Origin: Xylographa opegraphella
Lineage: Eukaryota
DNA: 64,000 nucleotides
Assembly: GCA_022813865.1 (NCBI GenBank)
Contig: JALDZX010000007.1
Span: 124,001-188,000, forward strand
Reading direction: 5' to 3'
Shown: positions 37,014 to 49,863 of the stretch, piece by piece
How the letters are laid out: each line of letters begins with the position of its first letter
How positions within the stretch are numbered: position 1 is the stretch's first letter
Program-made: the position numbers and the translations under genes
Notes under the pieces: model-generated
The model's database searches: none
The model's input: the letters and a program-made list of their open reading frames with translations, nothing else
Told to the model about the DNA's origin: nothing

Positions 37014-38039
37014 ATGCCCCCCCCCCCACACACCCCAACCACCACGCGCGCCCTCCTCCGCGCCCTCCTCCGCGAATGCACCTACCTCCCCGACCCGTCG
37101 GCGCGCACCTACTGGCACAGCCGCATCAGCACCCGCTTCCGGCAACACCACCCACACCCACACCCGCCCCCCTGGTGGACGCTCCCCCCCCCGCGGCGCA
37201 GCGTACCCAGACCCCGGCCGCTGACCCCCTCCCAGCGCGGCCCGCTCCTCCGGCAAGCGCACCGCCTCCTGCGCACGCTCCGCCGCGCCACCGCCGGCCA
37301 CAGGCGCCCGCTCGCGCTCGTCCTGCAGCACACGTACGGGCGCACGGGGCGGCGCAGACACGAGCTCCTCGCCGTGCTCGCGCGCCTCGACGCGCCGGCC
37401 GACACTGCAGGCGTGCAGCGCCTCGCCGCCGCCCTGGCAGCCGGCAAGGACGTGTCCCCCCCCTCCTCCTTCTCCTCCTCCTCGCCGCTGCTGCTGCCCC
37501 GCACCGTGGAGCTGGTGCTGCGCGCCCAGCGCGCCCAGCCGGCCGCCAACCTGTCCCGCTCGCCGCCGAAGACGCTGCGCCCTACGATCCCGCTGCGCAA
37601 TAGCTGGGGCCGCCCCGTGCCGCGGGCGCGGGTGCGCGCCATGCAGCGGCGGTGGGTCCAGCGCGCGCGTGCGAGCGTGCTGCCGCCGCTGCCGAGGGCG
37701 GAGTGGGAGCGGCTGAGGGGTTTGGCGGCCGGGAGGGGGGCGTGGGGGGGAGCGGTGATGAGGAGGGCAGGGGCGGGGCCGGGGAGGGGGGACGGGGTGG
37801 GGAGAACGGGTTGGGAGAGGAGGGCGGGGGCGGGCAATCCGCATGTATTGTCGAGGCGGTTTATGCGTCGTATGTGGGAGAGGGTGTTTGTGCAGTGTCC
37901 GGTGATGGAGTGGGATGCTGGGGTCGGGGGGTGGATGGTGAAGTGGGGGGAGGTGGAGAGGGGGCGGAGGGGCGCGAGGGGCGTCGGGCCGATGTTTTTG
38001 TTTGAGGGGGTGGATGAGGAGGGGAGGAGGGTGGGGTAG
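37014..38039 (+). CDS. LYR-motif (Cup1/LYRM-like) probable mitochondrial protein
   Basis: ALLRALLRECTYLPD, LQHTYGRTGRRRHEL, NSWGRP, LPPLPRAEWERL, RFMRRMWERVFVQCP...WMVKWG. Confidence 0.8.
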   Translation: MPPPPHTPTTTRALLRALLRECTYLPDPSARTYWHSRISTRFRQHHPHPHPPPWWTLPPPRRSVPRPRPLTPSQRGPLLRQAHRLLRTLRRATAGHRRPLALVLQHTYGRTGRRRHELLAVLARLDAPADTAGVQRLAAALAAGKDVSPPSSFSSSSPLLLPRTVELVLRAQRAQPAANLSRSPPKTLRPTIPLRNSWGRPVPRARVRAMQRRWVQRARASVLPPLPRAEWERLRGLAAGRGAWGGAVMRRAGAGPGRGDGVGRTGWERRAGAGNPHVLSRRFMRRMWERVFVQCPVMEWDAGVGGWMVKWGEVERGRRGARGVGPMFLFEGVDEEGRRVG

Positions 38040-38569
38040 GGGTGAGAGTGATGGCGATAAAAGGGGGGGGAGGTGGGGGGTTGATTGCGATAAAGGAGGA
38101 GGGGGGGGGGTTTGTGCAGGATGCGTGGATGTGGGACGGCATGGAATCCAACATATGTGCTGGTTACCGTTTGCTTGTCTCTATCTATGCACGTGAAACC
38201 TTCACACGGACTTCGACGAAGGGGAATATATTTAGATTTACATCCTGGCCCAGAGTACGCCGTGCAGCCGTATATCGAGCAATCCCAAGAGCTGAACCAA
38301 AAAACAAACAAAATTCCCTAATATCCGCCAGCACGACATCCAAGCGGCGCTTTCTGTATTTTCGAAGCGTAACCAAAAATCCAATCCTACGTGGCTTTGA
38401 AGTAACAACAATGAAGTAACAACAAATGGATATCACTGTACCTCCCTCCCCTCCCAAAAAAGCACCATTTTCCCTTATACATACAAAATATCATCAGCCA
38501 CTACTTCTCTCATTCTGACGACCAAATCTCTCGCACATCAGCCCGCCCTCCACCACCATCATCGCAGAC

Positions 38570-40617
38570 TCAATCCTGCTGATATGGCGCGAAAGTGACG
38601 ACGACGTATCTCACGACCGCGTGCTCGTTCTTCAATGGCGTCCAATGGGTGGCGAACCTCTCGCTCCCGTGAGTGACGATCGCCCGGCGGGTGGCCAGGT
38701 TGATGTCCGCCGAGATGGCCCGGCCTTGTCTCAGTTGGGTCTTGATCCGATTCTTGAATTCTTTGGACAACATCGGGCTGTACTGAGCGAGGACCTTGAA
38801 GATATCGTTCCCGAGGAAGCCGGTGTCCGATTTCGGGTCGACGAGGAGCATGTCCACGACGCCGGTTGAGAAGAATTCCACGGCGAGTCTTTCGTAGGAT
38901 AGGACGAGGTACTGCGTGGCATTAGACAACTGGCAACAGGTGAATGGAGAACAATTTTGGGGGAATTTGTACCTTGGAATATGCGGTATAAAACATTTTC
39001 ATCTGATTCTTGAAGTTCAACTTTTGGATCTTATTGATCAATTGGTTTTCCATTCCAGCCTCACGATCTTCCGGTATTGTCGGGGTTTGTCTGGTGTTCC
39101 TTCCCATCTTGAAGCTTCTGAAGAAGCCACCTTTCCGGCCTGAGGATGAAGCAGCAGTCGGCATGGATTGCTCGACAGTAACGTTGTCTTCTTCGGCTTT
39201 GTCGGACATCGATAGGACTCGAAGAATGTCAGAGCGGCTATGTATTGTGGTGGAGCAATTGATCTGGCCACCAAGGTAGAACACTACCTTCCCCTCGGCA
39301 TTGAAGAGGGGCGCTGTATTATAGGTTAGCAGCTTTTTCGCCAACTGTGCGTTGACAACACGGCGGCGTAACACATACCGACGTAGAGTAGATTCCAGAA
39401 CGGCTCTCCAGTCTTTCGATAGTTCAGAAGAAGCTCTACTGATTCCTGATTTGCATCGATAGCTTCACGTAACCGGCGCGACGCACCCTGGTCGGTGTAT
39501 TTGCCTTGCAGGAATCTGCAGTTACGAGGGATAATGTCCTGCCGCGAGTAACCCGTCACCTTGATAAAGCCATCGGATGCGAACACAATGGGATTATCGG
39601 CTTTACTAGAAACCAGTCCATGGTAAGCTTAGGGCATGTATATATCTGACGAAGTCGGAGGGGTTTCCTTACGCAGGACTTGTCAAGCAGAAGCAATCCC
39701 CCAAACCCGCGTACTTCTGACGGCCCGCGGACAGAGCCTTTTCCGCACTCACGGTCATTTGGTGTTTCACGAAGCGTGGATAGATGTCGGTCGCAAGAAT
39801 GTTCTCGACGCAGACCTGAGAATCGGAAAAGATGAGCTCCATCGCGGGTAAGGTGTTCAGAGTGGTTGTCTTGATGTCCATGTTGATTTGCTTGATGAGT
39901 CCTTGGGAGATGTTCAGAGCTCGGGGGGCCTCGACCGAAGTGTAGTTTCGATATATCTCCGACATGACCTTGGTCAACTCGTCCAGAAGCGTATTGTAGC
40001 GATCCACCTGGTATTAACCATGTCAGAAGCGGGGCACAAAATCAACACGCAAGACGGCAGGTGAAGAGGCTCACTCTTTCCAGAAACTCCATATTCTCGC
40101 CACAGAACCTCGATTGGCTGTACTGCAGGAGCTGATGAGAGGTAGTGGGATTGTGCAGGACGATCTGGAAGATCTCAGGGCTGAAGAAGTCGGCGGCCCC
40201 CGTGCCCATCATGCCGCTCAGAGGTATATTCCTCTGGGTCGAGGTCATCGACGCTGCATCGTTGTGAGACGATCGGTCCTGCTCTTTATCCGTCACCACT
40301 TCCTGCCAGTCCTTGAGGTTGTAGTTCGTCTCGCCCATGGTAGCCGATCGAAAGCTCGGGGTCCCATCGAAGCGTGCGCCAGCACTATTCTGCGCCTTGA
40401 GATCCGGCCTCGAGCCAGCCTGCACACTGTTCTGCGCTTCCTGCTGCATTTCGAGATTTACTGCGCGAAGTAGAGAGCTGAGGCAACGAAGACGGTGGAG
40501 AGGTCAGCGACGCGGTCGCGAGGGCTGCTGCATATACTTTCCACCCTTGTCGGCCACCTCAATGAAACTAGCATTGAGTTTTGCTGCTGTAGCTTCGGCA
40601 TGTTGATGCAAATGCAT
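38570..40617 (-). CDS. lov4: RGS-LOV-DUF blue-light photoreceptor, BcLOV4-like; introns 40478-40537, 40008-40074, 39606-39672, 39314-39378, 38912-38972 (start uncertain)
   Basis: RGS: DFFSPEIFQIVLHNPTT...CGENMEFL...DIYPRFV. LOV: DNPIVFASDGF...PRNCRFLQG...FWNLL...YLGGQ. Linker FFRSFK. C-terminal HWTPLK domain. Confidence 0.9.
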
Positions 40618-42315
40618 CCGACCAAAGCTTTCGGGCGTGCCATGGATGGGGTCAAAGGGCTCGTTCCCTTGCTGCAGAATTTCACTAAGTGCCGCTGGTC
40701 GTCAGCAACCGCTAGCTGCTGCACCATGGCCGGGGAGGTAAAGTAGTCAGAAAGGGGCAGCACCTAGGGAGGAGGCCGCCGCCGATTCAGGCCGGGAAGA
40801 TCTGGTTGGCTGATGCTGCTAAGGCCGGGCCCATCGTAGATTTTCACCGTGGTCGTTCCTGGGAGCGTGCCACGTAGGGCGGCACGGCGAATGGCTCACC
40901 TGCCAATTGGATTTGAGGAATCATTATGATTTCATTCGAGCGGAGTGTGGAGGAGCAATGGTTGTGTATCCGAGCACTACAAAAGCACGCAGGGGATCTC
41001 TGACCGCGGGGCCTCGACCTGAGCCCGCCCTGGTGCACCCACTCAAATTGTCAAATCAAATCAACCGCGCCGCTTTGTCCAGGGTTGATATACCTTACTC
41101 TAATGCATTCGGTATCGGGGTGGAGAAATCCATGGGTTGTGGTCCGGGGGATTGGGGAGGCGAATCGGTGCTTGGCGGGCCGGCATCGATGAGCGAGACG
41201 ATGGCCGACTAAAGTAAGGTGGTAAGTTACGGATCCGGACGACTGCTGAACCATGCATGAGTTTCCTCTTTGCTCGTCAGTCCACCGGCGAGGCGGCTGT
41301 CAAACATGGCACCAGCCACCGGCAGAGTAGTGACAGAAGTCGTCTCCTTACGACGAGAGCTGTCTGCGATGGCTCGTATGCTCGAATCCTCTCGAAATGC
41401 ACTACGGAGAAATCTCCGCTCGGTCTTTGAGTGTCGTCGACCTGTGCACGTCATGACATTGGGTACCGCGCTCCGCAGCTCTCGTCGGCCGTTCTGATTG
41501 GCGTGCTGGTTGAGAAGCAGAATCCGTCCATCGTGACCAACCTGACTACCTGGTACATACCTACCCAGCCTTTGCGCAGCCGGTCGCGAGGTGCAGCTAC
41601 GAACCGACGACCAGGTTTTCCTTTCGTAATCTCGAGTAGCACCGCAGGCATTCGCCGCCTGGTCGTGCCTCATGGCGGGCTTTGAAACACCGACCGTGTG
41701 TAGAGTGCCAAGTGGGAGGGGGGAGAAAAATCCTGGCCTGCGGGTCGAGTTGCCCGCGAGATTATTCGGAACAAAGCTTCACCCAGCTCAGGGTTTTTCC
41801 ATGATGCCGCGCAGCCACACGAGGGAAACTCCTCGGTGGCGTCCAATCGTAATCTTCCTCAGCCCCTTGCTCGTCCCCGACACGCCGTCAGCGATCTCCC
41901 CCGGCTAGCTCGCCGCTCCGCGCGGCTGGGCGCACCACTTTACAGCCCTGCACTCGCTCGAATCCTAGATCTGCATCTGATCTCCGAGCGGGCATCGACG
42001 CCGATAGAGATGGCCCCTCGACCAGGAAGCCCCCGGTCCGCCAGCCCCACGAAAGTCGGACTGAGCGAAAAGCCACTATTGTAGTATGCAGTAAGCGGTG
42101 TCGAACCCCCCAAGAAAGTCAATAGTCGAGACAAGCACGTCGCACTCGCTCCCTGCAGCTCGCCGCTCCAGAACGGACGGCAGAGGGGCATGACCGCCAG
42201 ACTCCACCCCCCCCCCTCCCCCTCCAGCTATCAAACTCGCTCGACGCCCAACACCTTTCTCCGCAGCAATGCTTCATCGTCGGGCCAGCAGTGGTAACAT
42301 CACCTACCTCGCGTC

Positions 42316-44795
42316 ATGACAGCAACGAATAGCCTCTTGCTCGTCAACGGACTCAAGCAACATCCGGTCTCCCCAGCGCCCTCATCTCCCCGCCGAGACT
42401 TCATGCCGCCCGCCGACATTCCTCCGATCCCCCAGCGAAGTCGCGATGGCCACCCACGAGAGCGTACGATGCCGTGGATGCACGAATCCCCCGTGCTGAG
42501 GAACGGCACCTCCGTCCCATCGCAGGCGCAGATCGCGAAAGCGGAAGCTCGTAGCCCGAGATCAGAAACATTCCCCTCGAGTACCAGGTAGGCCTTCGGA
42601 CATCAGCGTCGTGCTCTGCCAGCTAATACGGGCGTCGTAGTAAGAAGAACGACCCGGCGTTACCAGCCAGCCATCCCGAGGACGGCGTGGATTACAAGAG
42701 TTCGCGCGGTAGTTCCGAGTCCTCGAACGGTGGCGACTCCTATGAGACTGACATCACTCCACTGTCTACACTGCCCACGTCGTCGTTCACGATGTACTCC
42801 AACCGCAGCAAGGCATTCGAAGCGATCCACGAGGATTTCGATCTCGGCACTGCGCACGACGAAGACAACCAGATCGAAATGCTCGAGAAGGTCTCCGAGC
42901 TGATCTTTTCTCCCCTCCACCTGCAAGCCATCTTCAAGGATCCATCCGCATTGCTCAAGTTCACCTCTTTCTTGAGCACCGTCCGTCCGCAATCCATTCC
43001 CACGCTGATTTATTATCTTGACGCGACCAAAGCGCTCAAGGCAATCCGATATGCAAACTCAATTGCCAAATCCCTTGAATCTTTGTCTTCCCCGGAGCTG
43101 TCGGCGATCACGACAGACACCCTCAATGGGGAGCTCGAGGCTAAGGCGCAAAGAGCGTTTGATCTTCTGGTAGAAAAGGATCTCCCGGCGTATACCGCAC
43201 ATCTGTACATCCAAGTGGTCAAGGCGAGCATGATGAAACCCGTAGCTCAAGGACCGCAGTCATCCGAAGCCTCGGAGGGATTCGCCGAAGTCTTCTGTCT
43301 TACCGATCCATCTAGGCCAGATAACCCGATCGTCTTTGCTTCCGAAGGTATATTTAGAGCTCGTCCTTGTGTGCATTTGATACATTGGCTGAACATGCAA
43401 CCACAGCCTTCCACCAGATGACGCAATACAGTATGAACTACATCATCGGACGTAATTGCCGCTTCTTACAAGGCCCGAAAACCAACCCGGTGAGTTTGGA
43501 TCGAATACGCGATGCTGTGGCAGAGAACAAAGAACACTGCGAGGTCATATTGAACTAGTACGTCACTTTCCACCCTACAACCATTGCGGCCACTTGCTGA
43601 CACCGGCCAGTCGTCGAGATGGCTCTCCATTTCTGAATCTCCTGATGCACGCACCTCTATATGACCGCTCGGGGAAGCTGCGGTACTTCATGGGCGCTCA
43701 GATTGACGTTAGCAATGTAATTGACGAATGCTCCGAACTCGAACTATTACAACGTATTATCATCCAAAACGAGGGGTCTCGCGAGCAGCCTCGGAAAGAT
43801 GTTGATGACGGGAAGACCGAGTTTCAGCAGTTCATAGAAACCCTAGATATGGATGAGCTCAAAGATGTTCGCACCTGGGAAGACCGAATGCTCCACGAGT
43901 CTGCCACTGATGATGGGGCATCGAACATGAAGAAACCTCGGAGACCCGGATTGCCGAGGAACCATCACTCCGAGATCTTGAAGAATGGATTGCCCATGGA
44001 GCAGACCATCGGGGCGTCGATCGGGTTGTACAACAATGTAAGGCCCTTTCGCGAGATCTTTTCCAGTGCTAAATATGACAGTATATGCTTGTGCGGCCAT
44101 TCCCTTCACTGCGCATTCTGTTCACCTCACCCTCACTGGATCTACCGGGCATGGTGCAAGCGCCTATCATGGACAAACTAGGAGGAAGTGCAAGGGTTCG
44201 GCACGAGCTCTCTCAGGCTCTCGAAGATGGGAGAGAAGTCACGGCAAAGGTCCGCTGGAAGGCGAACGAACACGAGGAGAGCCAAGATCGATGGATCTTC
44301 TTCACGCCGTTGATCGGGAAGAAGGGAGAAATCGGCGTCTGGATGGCAATTCTCGAGGACGACATTCCTGACGCGATGGAGAGAGTGCAGCAGACAAAGT
44401 CAACGAGGCGGAATTTTGGAACGACGAGTCCCATCCCAGAAGAGCATGATCTCGAGGAACCGATAGGGAATGAAATGGTTCCCGCACATCAAAATATTCC
44501 GGTCCCGGGTCCGCGCGATCAGCTTGCCCGAACTGGCTCTACAGCGTCTGCTGTGTCAACAACGAGTCCGCGCAGTCCGTCGCTTGAGTTTGATCGAAAG
44601 AGCAAAGCGCCGTCAATATCGGGCATGACGATCGACACAATCTTGTCTGAAGGGGACGGCGAGTTCGTGACTCTGGAGGAACGCCTGCGCCGGAAACGAG
44701 AACGTGACATGCACATGATGCTCGAGAATCCAGGCATTCCACTCCGCAAAACCTACAAGTCGCTTTCGCCGGACACGTTCATCAACACCGACTGA
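42316..44795 (+). CDS. Second RGS-like/LOV/DUF blue-light photoreceptor (LOV3-like); introns 42588-42640, 43348-43406, 43558-43610, 44038-44081 (start uncertain)
   Basis: FSPLHLQAIF...YYLDATKALKAIRYAN; AEVFCLTDPSRPDNPIVFASE...GRNCRFLQGPKTN...NYRRDGSPFLNLL...YFMGAQIDVS; YMLVRPFPSLRILFTSP...TPLIG...IGVWMAIL. Confidence 0.88.
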
Positions 44796-46267
44796 GCATG
44801 GTTTCCTGCACCACCTCTGCTCTCTGGTCACGTGCCGCTCTCGGCTTGCTAAGATATGCTCGGATCCTTGCCCCTCAGTCATGCGTCTGGAGTTCGGGTT
44901 GACAGCTGACAAAATGGCGTACGATTCACGAGGTGTGTCCGCCCACATATAGAGCTGGACAAGGGATGGACGTTTGACCTTTCGTGCTGTAATACACCCA
45001 CTCTGCAATGCAGCTTTCAAGGGCTTCCTGGTGGTGTCCTCCTGCCACACACCACCTCCGTTGCACACACACCACGTGCAAGGATTCCCACGCAAGGCTG
45101 GGACCCCTGCTCATCCCAACTTGGACGATGGAGCAATACCAGCCCTCTCCGAAGCTTTCGGGCATCGACACTCGATCCTGATGCCCACAAGCTGCGCAAA
45201 GCACACCCGATCTCCTTCCGATCCTCCAACTCATGAGTCACGAAACACAAAGGTCGGAATCCCCCTCGATCTCTTCCCGATACAATGACGCCACACCCAC
45301 CCACGACCTAAGCATGTGGCACGGGCCGTCCGCCCTTCGATCCGCCCCAGCAGAAGATAGCTGGGCCGCAGCTGGCGGGCTCCGTCGCCCGATCTGGATA
45401 TCTGCAGGTCATACAACGCGATGACACGGGTTCAGCCTGGGACCATGAGGGATGTGGCGGGGGGCGAGTGCTTTTCATGTCTGCCGTCGTTCTGCACCAC
45501 CCCAAAATCCCACCTTACCTTCCGTATGCTCTTCTTTAGCGTCTGTTATATACCCCCACCCCGTGTGCCGAAGCTTAGTCTGGTAGACACGAGCTTTCTC
45601 GAGCCATGTCCCTGTATCAGACACTCTGCATGACTTGACATAAACCGTCCGCTCCCCCCTCCCTTCCCGTGGACATTGCCACCGACCACCCTCCCGCCCG
45701 CCCCTTCGCTGACGACCACTCAATCAATCAATCCACCCGCCTTCCTGGCTGCCCGCCTGCCAGCCTGCCTTATCAGCCACGCCATCATCCATCCACCCAT
45801 TCCACCCGCGCCTATCCTTTCCATCCCCCATCCCCCATCCCATCCCCTCCCATATCATCCCCATCTCCATCTCCATCTCCATCTCCATATCCCTCGCGCA
45901 CAAGTCTGCCTGCCCAAACGCAGAGAGTAGTCCACCTCTATCCCACCCATCGCGATCAGGGCCCCCATCCCATCTCCTTCCATTTTCCTTCCTGCTCCTT
46001 GAGTAAGGGCGGTGGTGGACGCTGTGAGGGTTGAGGGGTCGAAGGTTTGATGGCTGTTAGTGTAGTGGGTTGGGTTAGACTACTAAATTCATGAAGATGT
46101 CACGGGCATTATGAAAACCCTTTTAATGGGAGATTGAGTTGGTTGGGGATATACTACTCCGTACAATGCTGGGGGATTTAGTCCTATGGGATCGGTTCTA
46201 CTCTGTCCACCGGCTCGGAATCACTGGGGCTGCTCAATGCTCGAATCTCAACTCCCGCCGTCGTTGC

Positions 46268-49200
46268 TTATTCCTCGTCCCGCTCTCCCTCCGCACTATC
46301 GGGGTCGACTCCCATTTCGGAATCATCGTCATCGTGGATCGCTGCTCCGTCGTCATCACCCTCATATTCGCCCTCACCCTCACCATCCCCTCCCTCCTCC
46401 ACCTCCACCCCCACCCCACCCAACCACTCCCCCCACCGCACCCTCCCCCGATCCCCCTTCCACCCACCCCACGCGCCCAACCCCAGCAAATGCCTCATCG
46501 TCGGCCGGCCATGCGGACAATTCCACGGCTTCTCCAACTCGCCCATCCGGCCCACCAGCCTCCCCATCTGCTCCCGCGTCAGCGTCTTCCCCACCATGAC
46601 GCTGGACCGACACGCCCGCATGGCGAACATGCGGCGCACCTTCGAGGGGCGTGGGACGTTCGCGTGCGGCGCGAAGCCGGCCGCAGACGGCGCGGGAGCG
46701 TCTCTCGTCGTCGACGAGGCGGCGGCGGGCGGCGCTTCGGCGAGCAGCACGAGGAGCTCTTCCAGATCGCGGCTCGAGAAGGTGATTTCCTTGCTCATGG
46801 GTAGGCTGAGGAGTTTGCAGCGCTGGCCGACGGGGAGGAGGCCGCTGTCGTCGACGGAGAGGAGGAAGCCGTTTTTGAGGAGCGAGGCTTGGTTTTCGAG
46901 GATGATTTCTTCGTCGATGGCGCTGAGGGAGAGGGCTTGGGCGTGCACAAGGCGCTGCTTCTGCACGACGGTCGTGGCTTGCAGGCGCTCGAAGTTGTAC
47001 TTCTCGTCCGAAGCGTGCTGGTCGATGATGAAGAGCTCGGGGGAGGAAATGTGCGCGGGGTCGGAAGGAGAGGAATGGGAGGGTCGGAGAGCGATGATGA
47101 AGCCGAGGTTGAATTGGCCGACGATGCGCATCAGGGGAAAGTCTTCCTTGCACACGGTCAGGGAGAGACGCTCTTCGGGAGACTGGGCGGTTTCGGGGGT
47201 TGCCGGGAGAGTCTCATGGTCTTCTGCGTTTTCTTGGAGAGATACCTCAAGCTGATGCAGTTGCTGTATTATTTGGTTGGTTGAGGTGGACAGTTTCTGG
47301 ACGAGTTGTGTTGTCGAGTCCTTGTATCCGCCACCTTTCAGCAAGTATTGGGCTCGCTTTACATTATCCTGTGATGGTCGAGCGGCTTTTTCTTCGGCTT
47401 CGTGGATGAGCTGAGCTACTTTTGCTTCCTCCATGGACTTTTTGGCTTCCTCATCTAGGTATTCATCGTCGGTGTCCGCTCGATCTGAGTTGACTTCACT
47501 TTGCTCATCTGAATCATCGCTTGCGGATGACGCCGGGTTCGATCTTTGCTCCTCCTTTCTATCACCTTCGCCTCTCTTTAGATAATGTAGTGGCGACGAT
47601 TCCTTCGCAGCACTAACAGAATTATGTCGTAAACTCACAACACTCACCGCATCTTGCGCTTCTTCCTCTTCCTCAATGTCGCTTTCGTCGTCTATCGAGT
47701 CCTCCGTCTCGTTGAATAGCACACTCATCTGTGTTCCTGGTGCAGCAAAATTTTTGATCGAACTGCTGAATTGCGAGCTGGCCTTCGAGGATCTTGGTGC
47801 TCGGTGAATAACCTGTTTGATCGGAGCCTTAGTGTAGACGCTGCGAGGAAACGGCGAGGTGATGTCCGATGTCATTGTCTTCTGTCCAATAGTGATGGTT
47901 GCCGTCTGAGCTGGTGTCCGCGCAGGCCGCATTCGATCGAAGGCACTTTGAACTACCCCTGGGTGGGGCTTGAGGGGTGAACTATTGATGGATGGTATCC
48001 TTTCTTCAGCTTCGTGCGTTGCAGGTGATTGCAAGGTTGATTCCCGTAAATACGGGACTTGCTGTTCAGCCATGCGATGGTTGAAGTCTAGCACTGGGAT
48101 ATCAGAGGCCTTGATGAGAACATCAGACGCTGCCATGTCGTGAAGATCCTCGTAATCGTCAACCATTTCCTCTTTCTCGTTCGCTTTCGAGAGTTGTTTG
48201 ACCAGTCTCTGCTTATCCATCGATAGTCGCTCCCGAGTAGAGCCCTGTCTCGACTTCTCTGAGCCTTGCATTGCTCTATCCTGAGCATTTCGGCCAGCAA
48301 ACTTCTGGATTAAGCTATCTGGGGAACGGTTTGCAGACTCGCCTGTCATTTCTTCGCTTGTATAGCCAGTTTCTATATTGGAAGTTCCTTCGGCATCCCC
48401 AGACAAGGTGTTCTGACGGCTGATGGTCAATGGTCTATAGTTTGGGAGTTTCTGCGTCGCCTTCGACTGTGGCACCGTCTGTTGCTGACTGTCGAAAAGT
48501 TCGGTCAGGGATGCCTACGCGCGTCAATACGTGGCATTCTAGAAGAGTGCGTGAGCGCACTTTCATTGATTCCAGTAGCGGACCTTGGTCGTGAAGCAGG
48601 ATTGTTCTCTTGTCAGGAGAGACATTTACATCGTAAGCATCTTGATTAGTTAGTAAGGTGAATATCTTTTCCGCTTATTGACGTACTGGTGTCGAGAACC
48701 ATGTTCGCGAAGATGAACGGAGATTGAGAGAGGTTGTAGCTCTTGTAGACTTCATTGAAAACTTTCGCGACCTGGGGTAGGCTGCAAGGTCGACCATTCA
48801 CGAAAAACATCTGACGATCAGGTGTCTGTCGGCCTTCACCAAATATTGGTCTTGAGACGTGACCAAGTACGTGTACTTGCTTGCCTCTTCTCAATTAGTC
48901 CCAGAATCATCAGCTCGGGCGAAGTTGAGCAGGAGACTCACCCTCCATCTTCTTGGATGTTCCGAAGCCCACTGCTTGTCTGCATCTCGAACTGGAGCTT
49001 CAGAGAGGTCAACGCGTGAAGTGTCTTTGAGCCAAAAACGTTCGCAATATTTTCTCTTGTTGTCTGGTTTGCCTTGGTGGAGAAAACCACAGCTCTTTTC
49101 CCTTTAGCCATAATATTACTGACCGAGACCCTTGACGTCGTCGTAACACAGGCATACGCTTGGAGGAGGCCCAGGACTTTGTTGTACTCTCTCTTGATAT

Positions 49201-49863
49201 TCTTCTCTAGTTCCTGGCGTCTCACGGGTAGATTCTTGAAAATCGTCTCTACGGACACTGTTGTACCACGCTGACTTGCCACAACTTGGGTACTCTTCAG
49301 CTCTCCAGAGATTTCAAAGTCCAGCCTAGTGCCTTTGGGCGCTTCATCTTCACGTGCTGTAATGATATGCATATTTGAGAGCGCACAAAGGGATGAAAGC
49401 GCTTCACCTCTGAAGCCGAAGGTCTGGAGCGATGTAAGATCTTCATAGCTGGAAAGCTTGGAAGTGTAGTGTTTGAGTGCTGGATGGCTTCAGTATGTGT
49501 GAACAGGAATTGCGGTAGAGAGACGTTGTTACCAATTGTATCATAGTCATCTCTGGCAATGCCAGATCCATTATCTTGTACCTCAATGGCATCAAGTCCA
49601 TTGTTTTTGAAGCGTACATCTGACGTAAATCAGACAAAAATCTATGAATACACAATGCAGCGGCTATTCCAAGGAACTACCTATAGCTGTCGCTCCAGCA
49701 TCTAGACTGTTCTCAACCAGCTCCTTAACAACGGAGCACAAATCTACGATGACCTGCCCCGACTGGATTTTGTGTATCTACCGCGTGTACAATCAGCATT
49801 TTGTTTCACACTGCACGTGGCTGACTCTACCGAACCGCCTTCAATGGGCCTTATTGTTGCCAT
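46268..49863 (-). CDS. PMS1: MutL-family mismatch repair endonuclease PMS1/PMS2; at least 6 introns (e.g. 49778-49830, 49620-49680, 49480-49532)
   Basis: [59 protein letters not shown]. Confidence 0.97.

Noticed and set aside
41968..41982. GATC-N7-GATC as a White Collar light-response element between the LOV genes
   Set aside because: Too short and common to support without conservation data.
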